The position numbers and the translations under genes are program-made. The notes beneath the pieces were generated by a model, which was not told the DNA's origin, searched no databases, and saw only the letters and a list, made by a program, of their open reading frames with translations. A stretch of DNA of 64,000 nucleotides, taken from the NCBI GenBank assembly GCA_002269645.1, contig NIVC01000013.1, positions 1,178,001 through 1,242,000 on the forward strand. Direction: 5' to 3'. This document shows, piece by piece, positions 38,996 through 51,358 of this stretch. This DNA comes from Macrostomum lignano (lineage: Eukaryota). Within the stretch, counting starts at the first letter, position 1, and the number at the start of each line of letters is the position of its first letter.

Positions 38996-39554
38996 CCTCG
39001 CTTTGCGCCCGACGTTCGCCGGGACGAAAAACCTGCCTGACAGATTTTTAGCCCAAAACTTGAGCAGATAGACCAGCGTGCAGTGAAATCCACTTTAATA
39101 ATTCATAATTCAATTTGCTCATGAATGACAGACAGTTGCCACCCTCTCACTGCTTGCTGCATCCCTATATAGTATTACTGAGGGTGAGTGTTTTTTTAGA
39201 GGAATAATACTGCCATAAATCCTATTTCAGCTGCTCAATGCGTCACAAAATAATATTTTCTAATATTAAATTTTCTCCCAAATCCTTACGGAATATGCAA
39301 GGCAGACTTCCCAAGCTTGGTAAGTAGATTTATGATGTGGATAACGATCTTCCATCCAGATTATTGAGTTTAGGGACTCGGGCGAGGGTATGGGGAGACA
39401 CCTCGTTAATCAGATCATGAGCTCTCCGTCTCCTAACCTCTGATTCGAAACCTGCCCGACGAGAGGGCTGCTCTTTGACAGCCCTGGCTTAGAGATATGA
39501 CCAAGTTTATATCCCTTTTTGGGGTATAGTTGCAGAGTTGCCGGATATCCCTAT

Positions 39555-40260
39555 CATCCTCTTCACTCTCACGCCCTTCATTCGCACCCTCTTCACTCTC
39601 ACGCCCTTTACTCGCACCCTCTTCACTCTCACGCCCTTTACTCTCACCCTCTTCACTCTCACGCCCTTTACTCTCACCCTCTTCACTCTCACGCCCTTTA
39701 CTCTCACCCTCTTCACTCTCACGCCCTTTACTCTCACCCTCTTCACTCTCACGCCCTTCACTCTCACCCTCTTCACTCTCACACCCTTTACTCTCACCCT
39801 CTTCACTCTCACCCTCTTCACTCTCACGCCCTTTACTCTCACCCTCTTCACTCTCACGCCCTTCACTCTCACCCTGTTCACTCTCACGCCCTTTACTCTC
39901 ACCCTCTTCACTCTCACACCCTTTACTCTCACCCTCTTCACTCTCACACCCTTTACTCTCACCCTCTTCACTCTCACACCCTTCGCTCTCACCCTCTTTA
40001 CTCTCACCCTGTTCACTCTCAGCCTCTTCACTCTCACTCTCTTCACTCTCAGTGTCGTCACTTTCAGCCCTTCACCCTCAGCCTCTTCACTTTCATCTCC
40101 TTCACTCCCACCCTCATCACTCTCACCCACTTCACTCCCACCCTCATCACTCTCACCCACTTCACTCTCAGCCTCTTCACTCTCACCCACTTCACTCTCA
40201 GCCTCTTCACTCTCACCCACTTCACTCTCAGCCACTTCACTCTCACCCACTTCACTCTCG
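39555..40260. repeat. Pyrimidine-rich minisatellite, 15/30-bp unit (ctctcaccctcttcactctcacgcccttta)
   Basis: Visible tandem array. Confidence 0.95.
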
Positions 40261-40714
40261 TACGGTCAACAAGAAAATAATTAGAAGCTATTTCAGAGGT
40301 GCCAATTTTCTTCTCCAAAAACCGCAGCTTATCAACATCATCATGAAACGAAGAGAATCGAGCGGTTGAGTGAGTGGTTGGTGTCGGGCTGAGAGCGCAC
40401 CGGGTCTCTCGAGAGGACATTTCATCAATCAAAGCTGAAGTCGCCATGCTGCGTACATACTTCAGACTCGAAAAAATAATTTCATTCATTTTTTCTGGCC
40501 AAAATGGCCGCAGGATTGCAACATTAAGTCTCTTCCAATCTGAGTCCAATGCTGGTGCATTAATTCAGCTAACAGGTACGTTGCTTGGAGCTTTCTGTAC
40601 CTTCATTAAGAAGTGGTTACCGCTTAACTCCTTTCGCTCCATCTTCAGCCAATTTACGACAGTAATGGGGACGCTTTGTACTTCCCCAGTTGCAATTACG
40701 CTTGTATCAAGGTA

Positions 40715-41445
40715 AAGGAGACATCATGCCCTTCTCCGAATTATCAAGGTCACAGATCAAGACATCATGTTACCCCCGACCCGGATTCTCAAGGTCAAAG
40801 AGATGTCATGCTCCCATCGCATTTTCAAGGTCAAATAGAGATCATGCTCCAGCCGAATTGTAAGGCCACAAAGACATGCTTCTCAGGATTCTCAATGTCA
40901 AAGAGACATCATGCTACCTCCCGGATTCTCAAGACCACAGAGAAATAATGTTACCCCCTTGATTCTCAAGGCCACAGAGATATCATGCTCCCCCGGATTC
41001 TCAAGGCCACAGAGATATAATGCTGATTCTCAAGGCCACAGAGACATCATGCTACCCCCGGGATTCTCAAGGTCAAAGAGACATCATGCTATCCCCGGAT
41101 TCTCAAGGCCACAGAGATATCATGCTCTCCCGGATTCTCAAGGCCACAGAGATATCATGCTACCCTCGGTTTCTCAAGGTCAAAGAGACATCATGCTACC
41201 CCATGGACTCTCAAGGTCAAAGAGACATCATGCTACCCCCCGGTTTCTCAAGGTCAAAGAGACATCATGCTACCCCCCCGGATTCTCAAGGTCACAGAGA
41301 TATCATGCTCCCCCGGATTCTCAATGTCAAAGACATAAAGGCATCATGCTACCTCCGGATTTTCAAGGTCAAAGAGACATCATGATATCCCCAGATTCTC
41401 AAGGTCACAGAGATATAATGCTACCTCTTGATTCTCAAGGCCAGG
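40715..41445. repeat. Imperfect minisatellite, about 37-40-bp unit (ggattctcaaggtcacagagatatcatgctcccc)
   Basis: Visible tandem array. Confidence 0.92.
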
Positions 41446-41800
41446 GAATAATATTTTAATAATAAAAGTTATGTGGTTAGTTGAAGGCATAATGAGGTTA
41501 TTATATAAGTACGAGTATGGTAGAATGTCCAATTGTGTTTGGGTGAATTTATTTTAGAATGGGCTTACCTTGTTTATCGACGGAATAGCGACATATTTAG
41601 CTGTACAAATTTCGATCAAAATGAAAACCTTCAAATTGAAATCTATATAGGTCAATGATATCGCAGATGACATTTCTAGTAAGCTCAAGATTGGCCAGCT
41701 AGTGTTATTCAATGTTATCGAGAATTATTTTTTTCGCAAACATTAATAGTCTCGTGATACGAGCTAATACGTCGTAATTAAATGTGTCAAAAAATCTCCG

Positions 41801-43384
41801 TCAAATTTTGCAGCCAACCCACTCCGCCTGAGCAATGAGTATGACGTCATCGACTAGATCTTTACTGTACTCTTCGATGTCGCTGGCACTGGGCGCCGAA
41901 GGTTCAGGGGCTGAAGGCGCGGAAGCGGCAGCAGATTCAGCTGTGTTGAGTTTCGCTCCATCCGCGTCTGCGGCAACGGAGGTGTCAGGATCGGCGGATG
42001 CGACGGCACCTTCTTCATCCTCGGGCTGCCAGCCACGCAGGGCGCGAGTCCAGGCCGCAAGTTTGGCCACCGCCGAGGCTGTCGGGTCGCAGAAATTCCT
42101 GACGAACTCCTCGCCTAACGGCTGCATCTCGGCGTTGGCCACTGGCCGGCGACGGCACTCGGCGAAAGCTCGGTAGCCGTCAAAGTCGACGAAGCAGAGC
42201 CGGAGCGTGAGCTCGTCGTCGGGCCGGTCGAAGGTGCCGGAGCAGGGCAGCAGGGCGATGCCCAGCTCAGCCAGGAGCCGCTCGCACAGCTGCTCGCCAG
42301 TTGTCAGGCCCTCCTTGGCCAGGTGCTCGCGAACTGGCTCGAAATCTACTAGCAGACTGTAGCCGGCTTGCGGCTCGGTTGCTAGGAGACCCGCCGAGCG
42401 CAGCTTCTTGCAGGCGTAGGCGGCCACGGCCGCTAGCACGCGCCTGCAGTGCCGCATGTAGGCGTTGGCCGAGTGCAGGTCGCGCAACAGTCGAACTACG
42501 GCGAACTGCGCCGGGGTTGGCGCGCAAGCGAACGTGTGCGAGGCGGCGCTGACCACCGCCAGCCGGAGCTCGGCCAGCTCCTCCGGGAACAGAGCGTAGC
42601 CCAGACGCCAGCCGCCCAGACTGGCCCACTTGGACAGGCCGCTAACCACCACTGTGCCCTCCGGGTAATAGCTGGCCAACGAATAGAACTCGTCACCGAA
42701 GTGCAGCCTGGCGTACACTTCGTCGCACGCTACAATATAGGAGTTGCTGCGCAGATACGCGGCCAAGGACTCGAGCTCTTTGCGGCCGTAGGACAGACCG
42801 GTCGGATTGTCCGGATTGCACATGATCAGCAGCTTCGGCTGGCGCGGATCTGACCCGGCTGAGCGAGCCGCTCGATCCAGAGCGTCGCAGTTGAGCTTCC
42901 AGTCGGTATCGGCGGACAGAGGCACCGGCCAGTGTCGCCGGCTGCCGCTGAGAGCGGCCTGTGCGGCATAGGCGGGCCACGCCGGTGTGGGTACGAGCAC
43001 GGGACCGTCAAACACCAGGCTGACAAGGAAGGTCAGCTGCCTCGCGCCCGGACCGACAACAACGTCGCGCGAATTGAACTGCTCGAAACTGTCGTAGTGT
43101 TCGTGGAATTCCACCAGCATCTGGCGGAGCTCCTCCAGCCCGGGCGTCGGCAGATAGTGGCTGGCCTCGGCGAACTGGCGCAGCGCTCGAACGCCAGTCT
43201 CCAGCGGCGGGAACGGCGACTGACCAAACGCCAGATTGACAATCGGCTCGCCTGTCTCCTGACGCCGTCGCAGCTCCAAGCTGGTGGACAGTTTAGCAGC
43301 CGGACTGCTCAGTTGAGACAGCGGCACTGACAGCGGAGTTGGCAGCTGCTGATCGTGGCCGTCTGATGAAGATGAGGAAGACAT
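41801..43384 (-). CDS. PLP-dependent class I/II aminotransferase (aspartate aminotransferase-like), 527 aa, no coding introns
   Basis: NLAFGQSPFP, PAWPAY, CNPDNPTG, DEVY and the PLP-lysine motif SGLSKWASLGGWRLGY. Confidence 0.93.
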   Translation of the reverse strand: MSSSSSSDGHDQQLPTPLSVPLSQLSSPAAKLSTSLELRRRQETGEPIVNLAFGQSPFPPLETGVRALRQFAEASHYLPTPGLEELRQMLVEFHEHYDSFEQFNSRDVVVGPGARQLTFLVSLVFDGPVLVPTPAWPAYAAQAALSGSRRHWPVPLSADTDWKLNCDALDRAARSAGSDPRQPKLLIMCNPDNPTGLSYGRKELESLAAYLRSNSYIVACDEVYARLHFGDEFYSLASYYPEGTVVVSGLSKWASLGGWRLGYALFPEELAELRLAVVSAASHTFACAPTPAQFAVVRLLRDLHSANAYMRHCRRVLAAVAAYACKKLRSAGLLATEPQAGYSLLVDFEPVREHLAKEGLTTGEQLCERLLAELGIALLPCSGTFDRPDDELTLRLCFVDFDGYRAFAECRRRPVANAEMQPLGEEFVRNFCDPTASAVAKLAAWTRALRGWQPEDEEGAVASADPDTSVAADADGAKLNTAESAAASAPSAPEPSAPSASDIEEYSKDLVDDVILIAQAEWVGCKI

Positions 43385-43429
43385 CTCTGTTTGGGGCGGG
43401 AGGGGGTTAAGGGGTTTGCATGTGTGCTA

Positions 43430-44275
43430 ATGTGGATTCACCTGAAATGTTTGGGCAATGGGGTAGATTCCACCTGAAATGTTTGGGGAATAGGGTAGAT
43501 TCCACCTGAAATGTTTTGGGAGTGGGGTAGATTCCACCTGAAATGTTTGGGCAATGGGGTAGATTCCACCTGAAATGTTTGGGGAATGGGGTAGATTCCA
43601 CCTGAAATGTTTTGGGAGTGGGGTAGATTCCACCTGAAATGTTTGGGGAATGGGGTAGATTCCACTTGAAATGTTTGGGGAATGGGGTAGATTCCACCTG
43701 AAATGTTTTGGGAGTGGGGTAGATTCCACCTGAAATGTTTGGGGAATGGGGTAGATTCCACCTCAAATGTTTGGGGAATGGGGTAGATTCCACCTGAAAT
43801 GTTTGGGGAATGGGGTAGATTCCACCTGAAATGTTTGGGGAATGGGGTAGATTCCACCTGAAATGTTTGGGGAATGGGGTAGATTCCACCTGAAATGTTT
43901 TGGGAGTGGGGTAGATTCCACCTGAAATGTTTTGGGAGTGGGGTAGATTCCACCTGAAATGTTTGGGGAATGGGGTAGATTCCACTTGAAATGTTTGGGG
44001 AATGGGGTAGATTCCACCTGAAATGTTTTGGGAGTGGGGTAGATTCCACCTGAAATGTTTGGGGAATGGGGTAGATTCCACCTCAAATGTTTGGGGAATG
44101 GGGTAGATTCCACCTGAAATGTTTGGGGAATGGGGTAGATTCCACCTGAAATGTTTGGGGAATGGGGTAGATTCCACCTGAAATGTTTGGGGAATGGGGT
44201 AGATTTCACCTGAAATGTTTTGGGAGTGGGGTAGATTCCACCTGAAATGTTTGGGGAATGGGGGTAGATTCCATC
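43430..44275. repeat. G-rich minisatellite, 32-bp unit (ggggtagattccacctgaaatgtttggggaat)
   Basis: Array just upstream of the aminotransferase ATG. It may lie in a 5'-UTR intron, since a minus-strand donor TTG|gtgagt occurs near 44389. Confidence 0.97.
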
Positions 44276-44744
44276 ATAAAGTTTTTTTCAAAGCAGCCGA
44301 GAAAGTGAAGTTGAGTTTTCAGTGACTCACATGCTGGAATTTATTGAAAAGTACAAATTTGTTGTAGTACGAGTATCCTTTCTAACTCACCAAGTATCGC
44401 CTAAAACGTGGACTCAGTTAAAAATTCCGTTCTTTAATTACCGATCTGCATATCAGGCAAGACAGGGGGCACTGAAGCAGGGTGTCCGGGAAACAGAGGC
44501 AAATTAGCATTTAAGCTGCATTTTAAAAGCAAGCACACGGTGCACATCCTATCGCTAGGTTTGCGCTGGTTGGATAGATTTGGGTCGGCCAATAGATAGG
44601 GGTGGGCTTGCCACGGGCTTTAATGACTGTTTAAATTCACCAATGGACACACAGCTGCAGCCTTGCAGACAGGGGCTTTTATTGGCGGGAGGGGGAGGGC
44701 GCCGGTGGAGTGCTGGCGCCAGCACCAAGGGGCGCCAGCACTTG

Positions 44745-45340
44745 CAGTGTGTTTATCCAGTAATAGTTTTCCCTGAGCGAACTGCAGTTTGTGTTTATCC
44801 AGTAATAGTTTTCCCTGAAGGAACTGCAGTTTGTGTTTATCCAGTCCTATTTTTCCCTGAAGGAACTGCAGTTTGTGTTTATCCAGTCCTATTTTTCCCT
44901 GAAGGAACTGCAGTTTGTGTTTATCCAGTCCTAGTTTTCCCTGAAGGAACTGCAGTTTGTGTTTATCCAGTCCTAGTTTTCCCTGAAGGAACTGCAGTTT
45001 GTGTTTATCCAGTCCTAGTTTTCCCTGAAGGAACTGCAGTTTGTGTTTATCCAGTCCTATTTTTCCCTGAAGAAACTGCAGTTTGTGTTTATCCAGTCCT
45101 ATTTTTCCCTGAAGGAACTGCAGTTTGTGTTTATCCAGTCCTATTTTTCCCTGAAGGAACTGCAGTTTGTGTTTATCCAGTCCTATTTTTCCCTGAAGGA
45201 ACTGCAGTTTGTGTTTATCCAGTCCTAGTTTTCCCTGAAGGAACTGCAGTTTGTGTTTATCCAGTCCTATTTTTCCCTGAAGGAACTGCAGTTTGTGTTT
45301 ATCCAGTCCTAGTTTTCCCTGAAGGAACTGCAGTTTGTTT
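44745..45340. repeat. Minisatellite, 42-bp unit (ctgcagtttgtgtttatccagtcctatttttccctgaaggaa)
   Basis: Visible tandem array of about 14 units. Confidence 0.96.
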
Positions 45341-45799
45341 ATCCAGATTATTGCTTAAAATGGAAATAAAAAATTAACAAATCTAATTCAAATAATTTTA
45401 TCCATTGGTAGCAATTGGTTACTAAGATTTCCAAAGTGAAAATATTTATTCATAACTTTATCAATTTCATGGCAAAGGCAATTTATTTAACTTTTTCTCA
45501 ACACCGGTCACGACAATGTTTGAAGCAAGAATTTGCCTGTTTAAGTTAATAAGCAGTTGCCTATTTTGCTGAATACGTGTGTAATTAGAAAAACAATATT
45601 AGAGGGTCAGGAGCATGCTTAGCAGAATTCACAGGGCTGAATAGTTGAATATTAGCAACAGTAAAATATAAAAATTTTGGACTTCAAAGCATTTATACTC
45701 GTACAACAAGAAATGTTTAGATTGATTATAGATGCTTATTCAAAACAAATTGTTTCGGCTTTTATAAGCTGAAGTTGGAACACATATAAGATGGCAAAG

Positions 45800-46175
45800 C
45801 CCTCAGATCCTCAGTGAACCCTCAGAGCTCCTCAGTGACTCTTCAGATCCTCAGTGACTCTTCAGATCCTCAGTGACTCTTCAGATCCTCAGTGAACCCT
45901 CAAAGATCCTCAGTGAACCCTCAAAGATCCTCAGTGAACCCTCAGAGATCCTCAGTGAACCCTCAAAGATCCTCAGTGAACCCTCAGAGCTCCTCAGTGA
46001 ACCCTCAGAGCTCCTCAGTGAACCCTCAGAGATCCTCAGTGAACCCTCAGAGCTCCTCAGTGAACCCTTAGAGATCCTCAGTGAACCCTCAGAGCTCCTC
46101 AGTGAACCCTCAGAGATCCTCAGTGAACCCTCAGAGCTCCTCAGTGAACCCTTAGAGATCCTCAGTGACACCTAA
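45800..46175. repeat. Minisatellite, 21-bp unit (cctcagtgaaccctcagagat)
   Basis: Visible tandem array. Confidence 0.95.
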
Positions 46176-46407
46176 AAGATCTTCAGCAACCTCTGAGATC
46201 TTCAACAGTGACCCATCACAATGACTCCACAGATCCACTAGATTCTAATGCTAATTATTTTTAATAAGCATTTATATCTTAGATTTTGAAATAACGCTCC
46301 ATGAAATACTCGGTGGTCCAACTAATGCTTGATCCATCATCCTGGATAAGAAAATTCAGTCAATCAAACATTAGCAAGCAGTATTTTTGTCTCAAAAAGT
46401 CCTGCAT

Positions 46408-49165
46408 TCAAAACGGCGACTCGCCCTTAGCCAAAGCCACAATGCTAAAGTTGAGATCGTCGCTCTGTCTAGCCATGAACTTCTGCACAACAGTAGCGGA
46501 ATCGGCGAGAAAGTTCGACTCGTTGGTGTCGCCGTGACTAACTGGGCCATCGCGCCGGCCGTCAAATTCTAGAATTTTGCCGCCCCGATTCAGCAGAGCG
46601 ATGTAGTGAAGATTCGTGCGCGACTCCCGGTCAGGAGCGGAGGTTTGGCCTTCGGTGGCTGCCGACTCGTGGGCGGTGTTCAAGCCCTGCGTGCGGGTGC
46701 CGATATGTATCGATTAGAATTTATGTAGGCTAAGTCATTTGCAACTGTTAATGATTAGTAGTATAGTTAGTACGTATACAAATCATAAGTCTGAGATCCT
46801 TAAAGCATGTTCTGCTTATCTGTAGATTTTATAAAGTCGATATGTATCGATTTTTAATAAAGCCGATATGTATCGATTTTTAATAAAGCCGATATGTATC
46901 GATTTTTAATAAAGCCGATATGTATCGATTTTTATAAAACCGATATGTATCGATTTATAATAAAGCCGATATGTATCGATTTTTAATAAAGCCGATATGT
47001 ATCGATTTTTATAAAACCGATATGTATCGATTTTCAATGAAGCCGATATGTATCGATTTATAATAAAGCCAATATGTATCGATTTTAATAAAACCGATAT
47101 GTATCCATTTTCAATGAAGCCGATATGTATCATTTTTTAACAAATCCGATATGTATCGATTTTCAATAAAGCCGATATGTATCGATTTTTAACAAAGCCG
47201 ATATGTATCGATTTTTAATGAAGCCGATATGTATCAATTTTTAACAAATCCGATATGTATCGATTTTTAATAAAGCCGATATGTATCGATTATCAATAAA
47301 ACAAATATGAATTGATATTAATAAAACCGATATGTAACGATTCTAGAGATCGATATGCATCGATGTTTATATACATCGATATGTATCAATTATTTATATA
47401 CGTTTTGGATAATTATATTGGAAAAAATATTCAACTCTGACATTGACATGTACATCTATGAATCATCGTGATGTAAAGTGAACGTACTTAATCTCAACCA
47501 CACCGCCCACAACTAAACGAAACGAAGAAAGTACATTTAATAAACCTGCGCTACTATTCTAGGAAAAACACTGTAATGTTTACATGTACATTCTTTTGTT
47601 TCGCACCGTTGCGTCCCTCCTTCTCGCACCGCCAACACCACCACTAACAGAGCCAGAGGCACCCGACGATAAAAGCTTGGCGATAAACTTCAAACGCGAC
47701 TGTACCTCGTCAGTTTCCATTATTTTGGCCCGCTCCTCCGGCGTTGAGTCCTTGGTTTTGGCGAAGAACTTGTCCAATGTAGAGTCCTCTGCAAGGTTGA
47801 TTAACAAAACTTGTTTAAGAATTTGTTCTCTTGTAAGACGGCGGGGGATTCTTAAGTGGTGATTATCAAGTGAGTTTAAGGAGTGATGGATTCTAGGAAG
47901 ACAGTGGGTGATTCTCAAGTGAGTTTAAGGAGTGATGGATTCTAGGAAGACGGCGGGTGATTCTCAAGTGAGTTTAAGGAGTGATGGATTCTAGGAAGAC
48001 GGCGGGTGATTCTCAAGTGAGTTTAAGGAGTGATGGATTCTAGGAAGACGGCGGGTGATTCTCAAGTGAGTTTAAGGAGTGATGGATTCTAGGAAGACGG
48101 CGGGTGATTCTCAAGTGAGTTTAAGGAGTGATGGATTCTAGGAAGACAGCGGGTGATTCTCAAGTGAGTTTAAGGAGTGATGGATTCTAGGAAGACAGTG
48201 GGTGATTCTCAAGTGAGTTTAAGGAGTGATGGATTCTAGGAAGACAGTGGGTGATTCTCAAGTGAGTTTAAGGAGTGGTGGATTCTAGGAAGACAGTGGG
48301 TGATTCTCAAGTGAGTTTAAGGAGTGATGGATTCTAGGAAGATGACGGGTGATTCTCAAGTGAGTTTAAGGAGTGATGGATTCTAGGAAGATGACGGGTG
48401 ATTCTCAAGTGAGTTTAAGGAGTGATGGATTCTAGGAAGACAGTGGGTGATTCTCAAGTGAGTTTAAGGAGTGATGGATTCTAGGAAGACGGCGGGTGAT
48501 TCTCAAGTGAGTTTAAGGAGTGATGGATTCTAGGAAGACAGTGGGTGATTCTCAAGTGAGTTTAAGGAGTGATGGATTCTAGGAAGACGGCGGGTGATTC
48601 TCAAGTGAGTTTAAGGAGTGATGGATTCTAGGAAGACAGTGGGTGATTCTCAAGTGAGTTTAAGGAGTGATGGATTCTAGGAAGACAGCGGGTGATTCTC
48701 AAGTGAGTTTAAGGAGTGATGGATTCTAGGAAGACAGCGGGTGATTCTCAACTGAGTTTAAGGAGTGCTGGATTCTAGGAAGACAGCGGGTGATTCTCGA
48801 GTGAGTTTAAGGAGTGATGAATTCTAAAAAGACAGTGGTTGATAGCTTGATTTTGTGCTTATTTCAAATAGAAACGACTCACTCTCAATCTGCAGCTGAT
48901 CTCTTTTATTGGCAATAGCATGCAGCAAAGCAACAGTGCCGCACGCATTCGACACTGTCTGCTTCATAAAATAAACCCCTTCAGTGCTTGCTGGCAGCTT
49001 TTCGCCAATAGGAGCCGCCTCAGACTTGTCAGTGATGGGGTAGATGAATAGTAGACAGGCTACTGGCTTTGGCAGCATGTCTAGGAGCTCCTTGTCCAAT
49101 GAGAACACATCCATAAAGTTCCATTGAGTAGACAGACCAAGACTATGGGCATACTTGTTTAGCAC
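46408..49165 (-). CDS. UCHL3: Ubiquitin C-terminal hydrolase, peptidase C12 (UCHL1/UCHL3 family); first exon not found
   Basis: Exons 49165-48883, 47788-47706 and 46686-46408 join in frame. Catalytic motifs QTVSNACGT, LHYIAL and EFDGR are present. The symbol marks the family; L1 versus L3 is not resolved. Confidence 0.9.
46830..47340. repeat. Intronic minisatellite, about 26-bp unit (aaagccgatatgtatcgatttttaat)
   Basis: Array in the last UCH intron. The core also occurs singly at about 46699 beside the acceptor. Confidence 0.94.
47865..48830. repeat. Intronic minisatellite, 49-bp unit (ctcaagtgagtttaaggagtgatggattctaggaagacggcgggtgatt)
   Basis: About 19-20 near-identical units filling a UCH intron. 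Confidence 0.97.
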
Positions 49166-50059
49166 CTGTTTGAAAAAATGCAAAGGAAAAAAGAATAAAA
49201 AAGTATGGACCTTGGCTTTTTAATTGTTAGAATTGCAGTGATATTTGGGATAGGCTACTTTCATCTAAGTTTAGGATGCTAAATTGAAATTTTATATGCC
49301 ATAGCATGGCCTTTAGGTATAAAAATCTATTTGGTAGAAAAAAGTTCAACATTTGATTGATAGATTTTAACTTTTGATAGATTTTATAGCAAAACAGCCA
49401 AATTTTTTATTATTTAGTAGGCCTAGCAAAGGATTTAATTGATTTTGAAAATAGATCTAGTCAATATATGTTCAATTTTGTTTTAAAATTATAATGCTAT
49501 AACTTTTATAAGGACATTTGTTAAAATTTGTTTAAATTAAAAGAACTTTTTGGTAAAAGTCAATGTGGTTCAAATAAGGAAACACTATTTTAATATTTAT
49601 TAAAAATCTAGAGCCTAGTCCTGATAATACTAAACTTATGCTACAAGAAAATTTCTACTTTTATCTGTGAATATATGCAAGTGTATAATTTTTACCTACC
49701 AAACATGAAAGTTTCTTAAAAAATATGGCATTCTTTAAAGAGCCTTCTTATATTATTATTTTTTATTTGAATTTGATATATATATATATATATATAATAT
49801 AGTCTATATAGGCAGTCCAATGCAGGCAATGCAAGCTACAAAATACTTGTACAAACTGAATTTTGTATAACAGCTCCGAAAAAAACAGAAAAATACAGAG
49901 AGCTGTGCCTGTGGTAAGAAATTCAAGGTAATAATTCTTGCATGCAATTAAGGCATTTTAATAAAGTATGCTTGCATGCTTAAACAGAAAATAAATTCAT
50001 CCTATTAAGCTTGCTTCTTTGTTTGTGACCTGTGGCCCATGGTCTTGAACTGAAAACCT

Positions 50060-50097
50060 CATCTGGCCCTCAAGTGGAAAAAGGTTGCCAACTCCTG
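50060..50097 (-). mobile_element. Solitary hAT-Charlie-like terminus
   Basis: atctggccctcaagtggaaaaaggttgccaactcctg is the reverse complement of the terminus type seen at 60141 and 62209. Confidence 0.5.
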
Positions 50098-50793
50098 CGA
50101 CCTGCTCTAAAGCTTTGTATGAAATCTGAAAAAAAACTTTATTCAAAGTTTTGTTCCTTTTAAGGCCCTATGGGCCACACCATTAGCAAAAACACAACTT
50201 TATTTTCAGGGAGATTGTAAAGCACACATGTTTATGATGTCTTTGTAGTTTATTCATCTGTCTTTGGTTTTTTCCGCATTCTCTGCTTGTCAGCTGTTGT
50301 TTGAGGCTCGTTGGCGAGAAGTTCCAGAAAGTACTTTTTTGTCTTGTGCCGAATAGTCTAAGACATTTCGAAAAATTTTAATTTCACTTTGAAGAAAAGT
50401 AATTCAGAGGTTAATGCGATTTTTCTTAATTTCAATTCACTAGTGACAAGATAGTTACTAAAAGAGAAGAGCAGACTAGGTCGCGGGAGCTTTGAGAGCA
50501 TGGTGGTGGGGGGGGCAGGGCAGTGGGGGAGCAGGGATTGGGGTAGAGAAAAAGAGGGGGTCTCAGTAGGTCGAAGTGGCTTGAACTGAGAAATTCTACA
50601 GAGCAATGGCTGTGCAAAGCTGTATACGAGGGTGAGACATATCCGGCATATCTTGTACAGATGAGTATATTTTATACTTCTTTTTAACTATTATAATTCA
50701 CTCATCCATGTGTCATGAACCATAACTCAACCCCTTAAGCCAACCATTTACAAAATCGCAAAGGGCGGCGCTGCTTTGCTGTAAGTCAGCAAA

Positions 50794-51358
50794 ATGGACC
50801 ATGACCATAGGACAATGATGGACTTTGCCTTGGCAGTCGAAATGCAAAGGGCGATCAATTTTAATGGTCACGAGACGACAGAAAGAGCTTGTGCTGCTGG
50901 CTGTCCAACATCTCTAATGGACGACATGCTCAGCTTTGAAAAAGTTTTTCTATGGTGGTTTCAAGGTGAGACAATAGTTTTGTGATATATTGCAACTGAA
51001 ACTGCATGCAAGCTACTAAAAGTAGTCACTTGAAAACAATGCTGTCATGATTTAACTTGCATAAATTTAAAATGCATCTATTCCAGATGCTATGAACACC
51101 ATCTACGGGGACTTTACCCTCCAGCCACAGCTGAGACCAGCCCACATTCCATCAACAGTAGAAGTGCAGAAAACGTGTATGAATATGCTGAAGCATGCCA
51201 CTGACTGCGTGACACCTCGATCTCACAAGAAGACATCAACAGCCACATACAGCCAGCAGCAAATGCCAGGGCAACAGCAACAGCAGCAGGAAGTGCTTGA
51301 GCAGCAGCAAATGCTGGGGCAGCAGCAGCAACGCAGCGGATCTGCCCCTGCTGCCTAG
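50794..51358 (+). CDS. Orphan two-exon ORF (147 aa) with Gln-rich C-terminus; function unknown
   Basis: Exons 50794-50965 and 51087-51358 join in phase 1 with canonical G|gtgaga and ttccag| sites. No recognised domain. Confidence 0.35.

Noticed and set aside
42267-43330. Overlapping alternative-frame ORFs within the aminotransferase
   Set aside because: Expected shadow ORFs of a GC-rich coding sequence, with no motifs.
47865-48830. CRISPR-like appearance of regular 49-bp and 75-bp arrays
   Set aside because: Units are contiguous with no unique spacers, no cas genes are present, and the context is eukaryotic intron.
50623-50640. Mariner-like terminus TA-TACGAGGGTG
   Set aside because: No matching inverted end or DD34D transposase was seen.
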